A stretch of DNA of 64,000 nt from Isurus oxyrinchus. Its lineage: Eukaryota. Location: the NCBI GenBank assembly GCA_026770705.1, contig JANJGN010000009.1, positions 163,618,001 through 163,682,000 on the forward strand, given 5' to 3'. The notes under the pieces were generated by a model. It made no database searches, was not told the origin of the DNA, and was given only the letters and a program-made list of their open reading frames with translations. Both the position numbers and the translations under genes were made by a program. Shown here one piece after another: positions 1 through 11,184 of this stretch (position 1 is its first letter; every line of letters starts with the position of its first letter).

Positions 1-764
1 TTTATTCTCTTACCTATGAGCAGGAAACATGAATTTTAGTCAGGGTTTGTTGTCCTGAATTTTGCAGTTACTTTGGAGTTCTGAGATTGGTACATCTAGA
101 AAAACTTGAAGTGAACTCATTAGCTTCATGATAAGCTCACCGTATGGACTGGTTCTCTGACTGCTCAGAGGCCTGATTTGATGGTTCTTCAAGGGTTTAC
201 CAATGTCTGACTAAAGTATATATTATTGATCCAGCTCTACCCCCCACCCCCTTAAACCAGCTTATATTTCACCTCTTTTCTATTTTTACTTAATTCTGTT
301 GAAGATACATACGGACTCAAAACGTTAACTGTGTTCCTCTCTGCAGATGCTGCCAGACCTGCTGAGTTTTTCCAGGTATTTTTATTTTTGTTTTGGATTT
401 CCAGCATCCGCAGTTTTTTGATTTTATATATTATTCCATCCAAAGTAAAAGAAGCTATTTAATAAGAATTTCTGTTCGGTGCTCTTGCATTGATATCAAT
501 GTGGTTTACATTTGTAGAAGGAAAACAGAAATTACAAAATAACTTTGTAGAACAGAAAATTTAAATTTTCTGTCTAATTTCTTGCTTCTTGGAGATTTTC
601 TTTACATCTGTTGAAATACCTACAGTCATTTCTGTTAAACAGCTGTGAAAATCACCTTAATGTGAACATTAGATTTAGATCTTTCATTCTCTATTTTTGT
701 TTCAGTGAGAATAAGCGAAAATCTTTGTTCCTCATTAATACTGGGAATACATATTATTCAACAT

Positions 765-1440
765 TTTTATTCATTCATGGGATGTGGGCATCGCTGGCTG
801 GGCCAGCATTTATTGTCCATCCGTAATTGCCCTTGAGAAGGTGGTGGTGAGCTGTCTTCTTGAACCACTGCAGTAGCGTGGGTACACCCACAGGAGAGAG
901 GTTCCAGGATTTTGACCCAGCGACAGTGAAGGAATAGTGATATATTCCAAGTCAGGATGGTGAGTGACTTGGAGGGAAGCTTCCAGGTGTTGCTGTTCCT
1001 ATGTATCTGCTGCCCTTGTCATTCAATATGGTGATGGTCAAGGGTTTGGAAGGTGCTGTCTAAGGAACCTTGGTGAGTTCCTGCAGTACATCTTGTAGAT
1101 GGTACTCTGCATTGCCGATGGAGGAAATGGATGTTTTTGGATGAGGTGCTAATCAAGCGGAGCTGCTTTGTCCTGGATGGTATTGAGCTTCTTGAGTGTT
1201 GTTGGAGCTGCCCTCATCCAGGTAAGTGGAGTGTATTCCATCACACTCCTGACCTGTAACTTGTAGATGGTGGACAGGCTTTGGGGGAGTCAGGTGAGTT
1301 ACTCACTGCAGGATTCCCTGTCTTTGATCTGCTCTTATAGCCACAGTATTTATATGGTAAGTCCAGATCAGTTTCTAGTAACCCCCCAGACTGGTAGTGG
1401 GGGATTCAGCGATGGTAATGCTATTAAAAGTCAAGGGCTG
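765..1440 (-). mobile_element. CR1-like LINE 3' fragment
   Basis: Reverse complement of the family seen at 7680-8433 (shared tggtggacaggctttgggggagtcaggtgagttactc), with the characteristic cccatgaatgaataaa tail. Confidence 0.75.
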
Positions 1441-1595
1441 TTATTAGGGATGGGCAATAAATGATGGCCTAAACAGTGACACCCACATCCCATGAATGAA
1501 TTAAAGAGAAATAATGTCCAGTATGACTTTGACTGAAGTGGAAGATTTCCTGATGTTGCAGCTGAAGCAGCTTTAGTTATTAAGATAAACTAAAA

Positions 1596-2312
1596 GGGCA
1601 GGATTTTCCTGTGGGCTTCAGCATCCCAATGTCGGGATCAAATGGAGCTCCCAAGCTGGCACTCATCCCGAGTGAGATGGAGGTGCAATCTTCCCAGAGG
1701 CAGCCTGCTGATTTGCTGCCTCTGTGTTTGCTGTTCTATTAAGGGTGGTCGGCGTCTCCTGGTTCTCCAGGCTCAGTCAAAGGGCTGCCAGTTCTAGAGC
1801 CTCAGTAACTCTACTGGGAGAGGGAGGTGCTACTGAGGCATTTCGGGCCCGTGAGGGTATCTCAATGTGGAGGCACCCTCGCAGGTGAAAATTTAAAGGA
1901 TGATTTCAAAGGGACTAAGCTGGTGGGCTCCTTGGAGAGGAGGGGAGACCCTTCTGGTGGAAGTGTCTGGGCCGCGGGTGCAGTCTTTCCTTGGGCCTCC
2001 AGCTCGGATGAATCCCCATCTTGTCAGCCGGGAGGCTGCCTCATCGAGTTGGGGTCACCTGCGCATGGTGAGGGTCCGCTCCGTTACCGACAAAATGCTG
2101 GTAGTGCCACAAAATCACCCGTAATTGGGGCCTTAACTATGTAATTGCCTCCCTGCCTCGGCTCTGTGGGCAGCTGTCCCTTGTCTCAGTCTGTCCCTGG
2201 GGAAACTTCCTGGCAGCAGGAATGCATCGCGTGTTGCCCTGATGGGCCATTCCCTATTTTCCTGGCTCCTCGGCCTCCAAGACTATCATAACAAGGCTGG
2301 AAAATTCAGTCC
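1596..2312. mobile_element. Harbinger-type non-autonomous TIR element
   Basis: GGGCAGGATTTTCC...GGAAAATTCAGTCC termini with AAA on both flanks. Same TIR family as 31883-34912. Confidence 0.65.
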
Positions 2313-2584
2313 AAAGGGTTGGGCCAATTTAGTTCAGGGCGGTTTAGAGTAAGAGGTAATGTGATAGAGCTGTATAGAATAATGAAAGGCTGGATTCTGT
2401 GCTTATTGATAGAATTATTTCTGTTTGATACGCTAGATGTTGGACGATAATTCTTTTCCTAGAGAGTAGTGTGTCTATGGTGTGGTGGATGCTGACTCTC
2501 TGAATGCTATTAAGAAGGAGCTGGATTCTTAGCTGGGGTAGATTTTGCATCACAAAGAAACTAAGTAGGGTTAACAGTTAACAC

Positions 2585-2910
2585 ACACAGTCAGTTTGAA
2601 CACTGAGGTTCTGCAAAGGGGTTTCAACGAGCTGAATTCTAGGTTAAGGAGTAAAAAATCCAACACGATCGGAATTCGGAATTTCTCCCATTTTCACAAA
2701 CTGGACCAGTCAGGAATGGCAAGATTAGAATTGTCAATGTCTGTCTGGAAAGATGATGTAGCAAGCAGGGTTTCAAATTCTTGGGACAGTAGAACCACTT
2801 TCAAAGCTAGGGATGGCTGTGAAATGTAATGGCTTTCATGTAAACCAGAGAAACGCCCACATCCTTGTGAAAAGTGTGAAAGGGCAATGGGGGAAGATTT
2901 AAGCTGGTTA
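2585..2910 (+). mobile_element. Old CR1 ORF1 (SGNH esterase) remnant
   Basis: EVLQRGFNELNSRLRSK... and a downstream gatggctttcatgtaaac-like (DGLHLN-like) segment, similar to 11530-11830. Confidence 0.5.
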
Positions 2911-3041
2911 GGGTGATGTGTGAAAAGGAAAATTCACAATATTAGTCAAAAAATGAGAGAAAAAGAACAGCAGTCTAAATGAGCAGATGTGAAAGATAAC
3001 TCAGATAAAGTGTCAATTGTGGTTTATATATTGTATTCACA

Positions 3042-3437
3042 CTTCTGAGTCTAAAATTCAAACCACATATAATCTAGTGAATCACACATTCTTCAGTGAA
3101 GTACTGAGGGAGTGCTAAACGATCAGGGGTACAGTCATTCAAATGGGAAGTTGAACCGAGGCCCTGTCTGCCCTCTCAGGCGGATGTAGAGGATCCCATG
3201 ACACTATTTGAAGAAGAGGAGGGGAATTCTCTTGGTATCCTGGCCAATATTGCCACCATTATAACTAATAACAAATAATCTGCTCATCACCAAATTGTTG
3301 AGAGTGTGTGTGTAAATTGGCTGCTGCATTTGTACATTGCAATAGAGACTATGTTGCAAAAGTAAATCATCAATTGTTTTGTGCTTTTGGACATCCTTAG
3401 GTCATGAAAGGTGCTATATAAATGCAAGTTCTTTTTC
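3042..3437 (+). mobile_element. Deu-domain-type SINE (SacSINE1/AmnSINE-like); related copies at ~5945-6310 (-), ~24385-24815 (+), ~54305-54735 (+)
   Basis: Shared blocks gtactgagggagtgct, aaccgaggccctgtctgccctctcagg.ggatgta, aaattggctgc and gaaaggtgctatataaatgcaagt. The family name is from recall. Confidence 0.6.
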
Positions 3438-3449
3438 ATTCGTTTTCAA

Positions 3450-4260
3450 TCTTGTAGTTGGTACATGCTGCTACCACCGTGCAAGGTAGTGGTGGGTGGT
3501 GGGGTGGGGGAGAATATTTAAGGTGGTGGATGGGGTGCCTAGCAAGGGGATTGCTTTGTCTTGGATGGTGTTGAGCTTCTTGAGTGTGAGCTGCACTCAT
3601 TCAGGCAAGCGGAGGATATTCCACCACACTCCTGACTTGTGCCTTGCAGATGACGGACACATTTTGAGGAGAAAGGAGGTGAGTTACTCACCGTCGAAAT
3701 CCCAGCCTTTGATCAGCTCATGTAGCCACAGTTTTTATATGGCTGGTCCAGTCAAGCTTCTGGTCAATATTAACCTTCAGATATTGATGGTTGGGGATTC
3801 AATGGTGGAATTGATGTTGATTATCAGGAGGAAATTGCTTGATTCTCTTGTTGGGGATGGACATTGCCTGGTACTTATGTAGTTGGAATGTTATTTTCCA
3901 CTATCAGCCAAACCTAAATATTGTCCAGGTCTTGCTGCATGTAGGCAAAGACTGCTTCAGCATCTGTGGAGTCGCGATTGGTACTGAAAATTGTACAATA
4001 GTCAGTGAACATCCCCACTTCTGACCTTATGCTGGAGTGAAAGTCATTGATGAAGCAGCTGAAGATGGTTGGGCCTAGGACTTTACCCTGAGGATCTCCT
4101 GCAGTGATATCCTGGAACTGAGATGATTGGCCTCCAACAACCACAACCATCTTCCTTTGTGCTGGGTATGAATCCAGCCCGCAGAGAGTTTTCCCCCTGA
4201 TTCCCAATGAATCCAGTTTTACTCGGGGTCCTTGATGCCACACCCGGTCGAAAGCTGCCA
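3450..4260 (-). mobile_element. CR1-like LINE RT fragment
   Basis: AAFDRVWHQG...QGKVLGPTIFSCFIND...MFTDYC (decayed FADD)...MQQDLDNI. Confidence 0.85.
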
Positions 4261-5175
4261 GCAACAACTTGATTTTATGTAGCATCTTTAACGTGGTTAA
4301 GAGGGTCCATGGCACATCACAGGAGCATTGTCAAATAACATTTGACACTGGGACACATAAGGAGATATCAGGACACATGACCAAAGGCTTCGCCAATGAG
4401 GTAGGTTTTAAGGAGCATTTTAAAGGAGGAGAGAGAGGTAGATGGGCAGAGAAGTTCAGGGAGGGAATTCAAGAGCTTAGGGTCTCTGCAGTTAAAAGTT
4501 CAGCAACCAATTCTGCAGTGATTACAATTGGAGATGTGCAAGAGGACAGACTTAAAGGAGCTGGAGGGCTGGAGGAGAATGCAGAGATAGGGGGAGATGG
4601 AGTCATGTAGGATTTTAAAGCAAAGATGAGAATGTTAAAATTGATGTGTTGTTTAAATGGGAGCCAATATAAATCAACGAGCACAGGGGTAAATGGGACT
4701 TTGTGCACATTACGATAAGGTCAGCCGCGATTCGGATGACCTCAAGTTTACGGAGATTGAACATGGGAGGGTGAGCAGGAGGGCATTAGAATAGTCGTGT
4801 AGAGATTGAAAAAGGCATAGATGAGGGTTTTAGCAGCAGATGAGCTGAGACAGGGGCAGAGTGGGGTGATGTTACGGAGGTGGAAAAAGGTGATCTTAGT
4901 GATAGCATGGGTATATAGTCAGAAGCTCATCTTGGGTTGAAGTATGACACTAAGTTTGTGAACTGCCTGGTTTAGCCTGAGACAGATGCTAGGGAGTGAG
5001 ATGGAGTCAGTGTCTAGGGAATGGAATATGTGGCAGGGACAAACAGCAATAGCTTTGGCTGTCTCGATATTTAGCTGGAGGAAATTTCTGTTCAGGTCGT
5101 ACTGGGACATGCAGCCTGACAGTTTAGAGACAGTGGAGGGATTGAGAGAGCTGGTGGTGAGGTAGAGATATGGGT
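4261..5175 (-). mobile_element. L2 LINE 3' fragment
   Basis: NRNFLQLNIETAKAI and TPVLVDLYWLPFKQHINFNILI match the L2 ORF2 C-terminal motif (HITPVL..LHWLPV..RI.FKIL). Confidence 0.75.
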
Positions 5176-6311
5176 CAGGTGGAACAATACCACTGGCATT
5201 TCTCATACAAGATTTGGAAAATAACTAATAGGAGATAAAATATGCATGTCTGTTTGCACTCCTTGTTAATTGATAGCCATTTAAAAAAATCCTGGGTTAT
5301 ATTCAGCCTCACATCTGTCTCACTCCTATTAAGCCCCTGATCATAAGCATGCTGATTATTGCACTGCCACTGCAAGCTTTTAAGCATAAATGAAGTGGTT
5401 GAAGGACTTCCTGGCACCGAGGAGCAGAGAACAGTACATGAGCTTTGACTTCTACAGAGATACACCAGTGAAATGTTATCAAAACTCCAAGGACCTAACT
5501 CTCCCTTTCCAGTATAAATTGCATAGCACAGAGCACGCCTCTGAGACATGTTTAAATATAAACAGACAGCCATACATTGTGGTGTCGTCATGTGCTCATT
5601 AGTCATTCAATACAACCAGAGGAACAGAAAAAAATCTTACAACTGCGATTTTGAAACAGGTTTTCTCTTGACTCAACCCTTTCAGCTTCTATTTTTAAAC
5701 CTCTTACCACTTCTGAATGGGAAGTTGGTGGTTCAACCACGTGGTCCAATTTACTACATCACCGTAATGCTGAACTATTCACGTTCCTTTCCCCAAAGCC
5801 ACCTGTAATCCTTTTATAGGCATTAAAGTCAGCGCAGTAATTTAATAACAGATATTTTAAAAGACAGTTGTTCATCAAATATCTCTTTTTTTTTAGCAAC
5901 ATAATGCAAAACTAATCATGGGGCTGGTATTACATTTTAAACAAAACAAATAGCTTTCACCACCCCAGGAGGTCCCAAAGTGCTTTACAGCCAGTGAAGT
6001 AATGGAGGAAACTTAGCAGCCAATTTGCACATAGCAAGCTCCCATCAAAAGCTATGAAATAAATGACCAGATCGTCTTCATTTTTAGATATTGGTTTCGG
6101 GAGAACTCCTTTGAAAAGTGTGGTGCGATTTCTTTTCCTCTCCACCTTAGAAGGCAGGCAGCAGGGCTTCATCTCATCAAAAGATGGCACCTACGGACAG
6201 TGCAGCATGCCCTCAATACTGCCAGCCTGGACTGCGCACTCAAGTTACTGGATTGTGACTTGAATTCACAAACGTTTTGACTCAGAGGTGAGAGTGTTAC
6301 ATACTGAGCCA

Positions 6312-6567
6312 AGACTGAGATGCGGAGAAACTTCTTTAGCCAGAGAGTGGTGAATCTATGGAATTCATTGCCACAGAAGGCTGTGGAGGCCAGGTCATTG
6401 AGTGTATTTAAGATGGAGGTAGATAGGTTCTTGATTGGTAAGGGGATCAAAGGTTACAGGGAGAAGGGGGGAGAATGGGGCTGAGAAACTTATCAGCCAT
6501 GATTGAATGGCGGAGTAGGCTCGATGGGTCGAATGGCCTAATTTCTGCTCCTTTGTCTTATTGTCTT
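6312..6567 (+). mobile_element. CR1 LINE 3' end; similar older pieces at ~21830-22090 and ~23430-23850
   Basis: RRNFFSQRVVNLWNSLPQKAVEA.SLSVFK.E.DRFL followed by the gatggg.cgaatggcct..ttctgctcct tail. Confidence 0.85.
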
Positions 6568-7679
6568 CCGGACCGACATATTGACGAAATCATTCTCAAT
6601 AACTTGTCCTGTACATGTCATTCCTATGACCTGTCAACGGCCTATTAAGGTCATTAAAAAACTGATTGAGGTTATTAATGAACCTGCCCGTCCATGAAAC
6701 CTCGGGCGGGATGATGTTTCATGAGGGATTTAAAAATCTAAGAATATTTCAAAATAAAAGTTATGGACATGTCCCAACTCATGTGATGGTGTCACATGGG
6801 GGGACATTGTAGTGAAATTTATTTCTCAGCTTTGTTTAAAGTTTAACATCTGAGCCGATCTCCCTGAGGCAGCACTTTTCCTCAGGGAGATCTGTGCACT
6901 CCTTCGCGCACTCCTGGCTGAGGGAATCCCCACCGCACCCCCCCTCACCCCGCCACACAGCGCATAGGGAGCGCATTGCACTTCCTGGCGGACATCACGC
7001 TGGGCGGGCCTTAATTGGCCCATCCACGTAAAATGGCAGCGAGCCCCGACCAGGGGTGCCAATCAGGAACCTGCCCACCTGTGCCCGCTCCCCCACATCC
7101 ACCTGGCAGGAGGAAAATGTTGCCCCTAGGAATTTTTAGTTTGCATCAAACAGAAAGCATGTAAATATTCAACCCGACAAAAAACTTATTTTATTCATTC
7201 TTGGGTTGTGGGGGCCATTGGCAAGACCCTGTTGTCCATCCCTAACTGTCCTTGAGAAGATGGTGGTGAGTTGCCTTCTTGAGCCGCTGCTGTCCTTGTT
7301 AGGGTGTTAGGTGTTGGGGAGAGAGGTCAGATTACTGACCCAGTGAAAATGAAGGAACAGCATTATGGTTTCTGGTCAGGATACTGAGTAACTTGGAGAG
7401 GAACTTGCACATGGTGGTGTTCCCACACATCTGTTATCTTTATTCTACTAGATGGTAGAATTCAAGTGTTTGGAAGATGCTGTCGAAGGAGCCTTGGTGA
7501 ATTGCTATTACCTCAGACTACTTTTAAAGCATTTAAATTAGACAAAGGCTAGCTCCATTTACAATGTAATAAACTCACATTCAGCTAATACTCAGGCCTA
7601 TAACAAAAACCTATTTTTGGTGTTAATGATTTGGACACTCTGCAAGTTCTCACTTTATTTGTTTGAAGATACAACTATC

Positions 7680-8433
7680 AAGTGGCACTCACTTAGCAAT
7701 AACCAGGTGATTGACGCTTAGTTTGGGTTCCGCCAGGATCATTCAGCTCTGACCTCAAATATGGACAAAAGAGATGAACTCCAGAGGTAAAGCGAGTGTG
7801 ACTGCCCTTGTCATCAAGGCAGCATTTGACCAATCATGGCATCATGAAGCCCCAGCAAAACTGAAGTCATTGGGGATCAGGAGTAAAACTCTCCAATGGT
7901 TGGAGTCATACCGAGCACAAAGGAAGATGTTTGTGGTTGTTGGAGGTCAATCATCTCAGTTCCAGAGCATCACTGCTGGAGTTTCTCAGGATAGTGTCCT
8001 AGGCCCAACCACCTTTAGCTGCTTCACAATGACCTACCTTCTGCAATAAGGTCAGATGTGGGGATGTTCGCTGATGATTGCACATTCAGCACCATTCACG
8101 ACATCTCAGGTACTGAAGCAGTCCATGTCCAAATGCAGCAAGACCTGGACAATATCCAGGCTTGGGCTAACAAGTGAAAAGTAACATTCGCACCACACAA
8201 GTGCCAGGCAATGGCCATCCCCAACAAGAGAGAACCTTACCATTGCCCCTTGACATTTAATAGCATTACCATCGCTGAATCCCCCACTATCAGTCTGGGG
8301 GTTACTAGAAACTGAACTGGACTAGCCATATAAATACTGTGGCTGTAAGAGCAGATCAAAGACAGGGAATCCTGCAGCGAGTAACTCACCTGACTCCCCC
8401 AAAGCCTGTCCACCATCTACAAGGCACAAGTCA
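7680..8433 (+). mobile_element. CR1-like LINE RT fragment ending abruptly at minisatellite array 1; a 3' piece of the same family lies on - at ~7190-7505
   Basis: KAAFDQSWH...QDSVLGPTTFSCF...MFADDC...MQQDLDNIQAW. Confidence 0.85.
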
Positions 8434-9229
8434 AGGAGGCTGAGGTGGAGGTGGTGACTGAGGAGGTTGAGGTGGAGGCAGTGACTGAGGAGGCTGAGGT
8501 GGATGTGGTGACTGAGGAGGCTGAGGTGGAGACAGTGGCTGAGGAGGCTGAGGTGGAGGCAGTGACTGAGGAGGCTGAGGTGGAGACAGTGGCTGAGGAG
8601 GCTGAGGTGGAGGTGGTGACTGAGGAGGCTGAGGAGGAGGTGGTGACTGAGGAGGCTGAGGTGGAAGCAGTGACTGAGGAGGTTGAGGTGGAGGCAGCGA
8701 CTGAGGAGGCTGAGGTGGAGGCAGTGACTGAGGAGGCTGAGGTGGAGGCAGTGACTGAGGAGGTTGAGGTGGAGATGGTGACTGAGGAGGCTGTGGAGGA
8801 GGTGGTGACTGAGGAGGCTGAGGTGGAGGCAGTGACTGAGGAGGTTGAGGTGGAGGCAGTGGCTGAGGAGGTTCAGGTGGAGGCAGTGACTGAGGAGGTT
8901 GAGGTGGAGGCAGTGGCTGAGGAGGTTCAGGTGGAGGCAGTGACTGAGGAGGCTCAGGTGGAGGCAGTGACTGAGGAGGCTGAGGAGGAGGTGGTGACTG
9001 AGGAGGCTGAGGAGGAGGTGGTGACTGAGGAGGCTGAGGTGGAGGTGGTGACTGAGGAGGCTGAGGAGGAGGCAGTGACTGAGGAGGCTCAGGTGGAGGC
9101 AGTGACTGAGGAGGCTCAGGTGGAGGCAGTGACTGAGGAGGCTGAGGAGGAGGCAGTGACTGAGGAGGCTCAGGTGGAGGCAGTGACTGAGGAGACTGAG
9201 GTGGAGGTGGTGACTGAGGAGGCTGAGTT
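8433..9229. repeat. 27-bp G-rich minisatellite array 1 (GAGGCAGTGACTGAGGAGGCTGAGGTG, ~29 units)
   Basis: Direct reading of the tandem units. Followed by GA-rich low-complexity sequence to ~9420. Confidence 0.95.
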
Positions 9230-9859
9230 GGAGAGTAAGAGAGAATGGGAGAGGTGATGAGAGAGAGTGGGAGAGAGAGAGAGAAAGAGAGACCAAGATG
9301 GAAAGGTGGGAGAGCGATAGAGGGCGGGAAACTGGAGACAGAGAGAGAGACAGTGGGAAAGGGGGAGAAAGAGAGTGGGAACACGGTGGGCAGAGAGAGA
9401 GAGAGTGGGAAAGGGTCAGGGTGGGAAGGCCAGGCAGGGGGATCAGGTCAGGGACACAGGCCCACGCAAGCACATTCCAGGCAGGCCTGAGGGGGAGGGG
9501 ATGTGTCCAGCCTGGTATGAGGATTGGGTGGTCCTGACTCCCTCCAGGGGAAGGGGCTGTAGAAGAGAATTGAAAGTGAGAGGGGGGTGAGCCGCAGACT
9601 GCTCCGTTGGTCTCAGCAGCACTTTCACCCCACTCCTCCAGTGAGGGGACTCGCACGTTTTATGGCAGAGGCAGCAACAGCCTCAGAGAAGGCGGCAACT
9701 GAGGAGGACACGGCAATGGCTGAAGTGGTGGCACAGAAATGGAGGTGGAGGCTGCGGGTCGGGCAATATGGCAGAGGAGGAGTTGGCAAGGGCAGCGGAA
9801 GCAGAGGTGGTGATGGAGTTGGCAACAGCAGTGGAGTTGGCTGAGGAAGAGGCAAGAGT

Positions 9860-10395
9860 GGAGGAGGCTGAGGTGGAGGAAGTAGCTGAGGAGGCTGAGG
9901 TGGAGGCAGTGACTGAGGAGGCTGAGGTGGAGGCAGTGGCTGAGGAGTTTGAGGTGGAGGCAATGGCTGAGGAGGCTGAGTTGGAGTCAGTGACTGAGGA
10001 GGTTGAGGTGGAGGTGGTGACTGAGGAGGTTGAGCTGGAGTCATTGGCTGAGGAGGCTGAGGTGGAGGTGGTGACTGAGGAGGTTGAGGTGGAGGCGGTG
10101 ACTGAGGAGGTTGAGGTGGAGTCAGTGGCTGAGGAGGCTGAGGTGGAGGTGGTGACTGAGGAGGTTGAGGTGGCGTCAGTGACTGAGGAGGTTGAGGTGG
10201 AGGCAGTGACTGAGGAGGTTGAGGTGGAGGCAGTGACTGAGGAGGTTGAGGTGGAGGCAGTGACTGAGGAGGTTGAGGTGGAGGCAGTGACTGAGGAGGT
10301 TGAGGAGGAGGCAGTGACTGAGGAGGCTGAGGTGGAGGCAGTGACTGAGGAGGCTGAGGTGGAGGCAGTGACTGAGGAGGCTGAGGTGGAGGTGG
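9860..10395. repeat. 27-bp minisatellite array 2 (~19-20 units)
   Basis: Same unit. Its 3' flank (10395-11187) is near-identical to 36890-37682. Confidence 0.95.
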
Positions 10396-11184
10396 TTGCC
10401 GAGGCGATGGAGGTAGTGAATGTCGGGGTGGAGGAGGAGACATCAGCAGCGACAGCAGCAGAGACAGTGACTGAGGCTGAGGAGGGGGAGGCAGCGGCTG
10501 TGACAGTGACAGAGGGAGAAGCAGCGAAGGCGGCAGCAGCAAAGGCTGAGGCCACAGTGAGGGAGGCTGTGGAGAGGGAGGTGGAGGTGGGGCAGAGGCA
10601 GCGAGGAGACGGTACGAGACCAGGAGCAGCAACAAAACCTGCCTTGTGGTTTGTGAGGCTCAGGGCAATGGCGACTATGAGTTGATATCTTCCATGTGCC
10701 ATGTGTGTGTCTCCGAGTCAGCGCACCGGACCACACTGCTTCTGCCCGATTAGGGCGCTTCAGTGGAGTCCGACACCAGTCCAGTGCCACCCAGCTCCCA
10801 TTCCCGAGGACAGGTGATGGAACCTGCCCAGTGCCAGGATGAGCTGCTTGGTAAGATCGGGAGGTGGGAAGTAGAGAAGGCAGCCGACCAGGAAAAGCTG
10901 GAGGATATCTCCAGGATTACTGACTGTCTCCAAGAAGAAACTCTTGTAGCCTTCAGGCAGGGTATATATATGTTTATATAGCTGCAATTTAAAGTTACCT
11001 GCCACATCCCTTTTAACACTTTCTAATGCAGCATCGCTCTGATCAGAATCAGATTTATTGGGGTTGTGCAAATGTCTCCCCAGCCTCTGATATAACATTA
11101 AAAAGCTGCTTTTTCCTTTCCAGTTGCAGTAAGAGGACTGTCCCAGCCTCTCAATGTGACAGGGCAGCCCAGGACTATGTCTCT

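Noticed and set aside
8433-10395. Regular 27-bp repeats as a CRISPR array
   Set aside because: The units are contiguous with no unique spacers, there are no cas genes, and the context is vertebrate.
8322-10702. Long ORFs (444, 317, 270, 336, 305 aa) as annotated protein genes
   Set aside because: They overlap in four frames because the 27-bp unit lacks stops. There is no independent evidence, so they are kept only as a finding.
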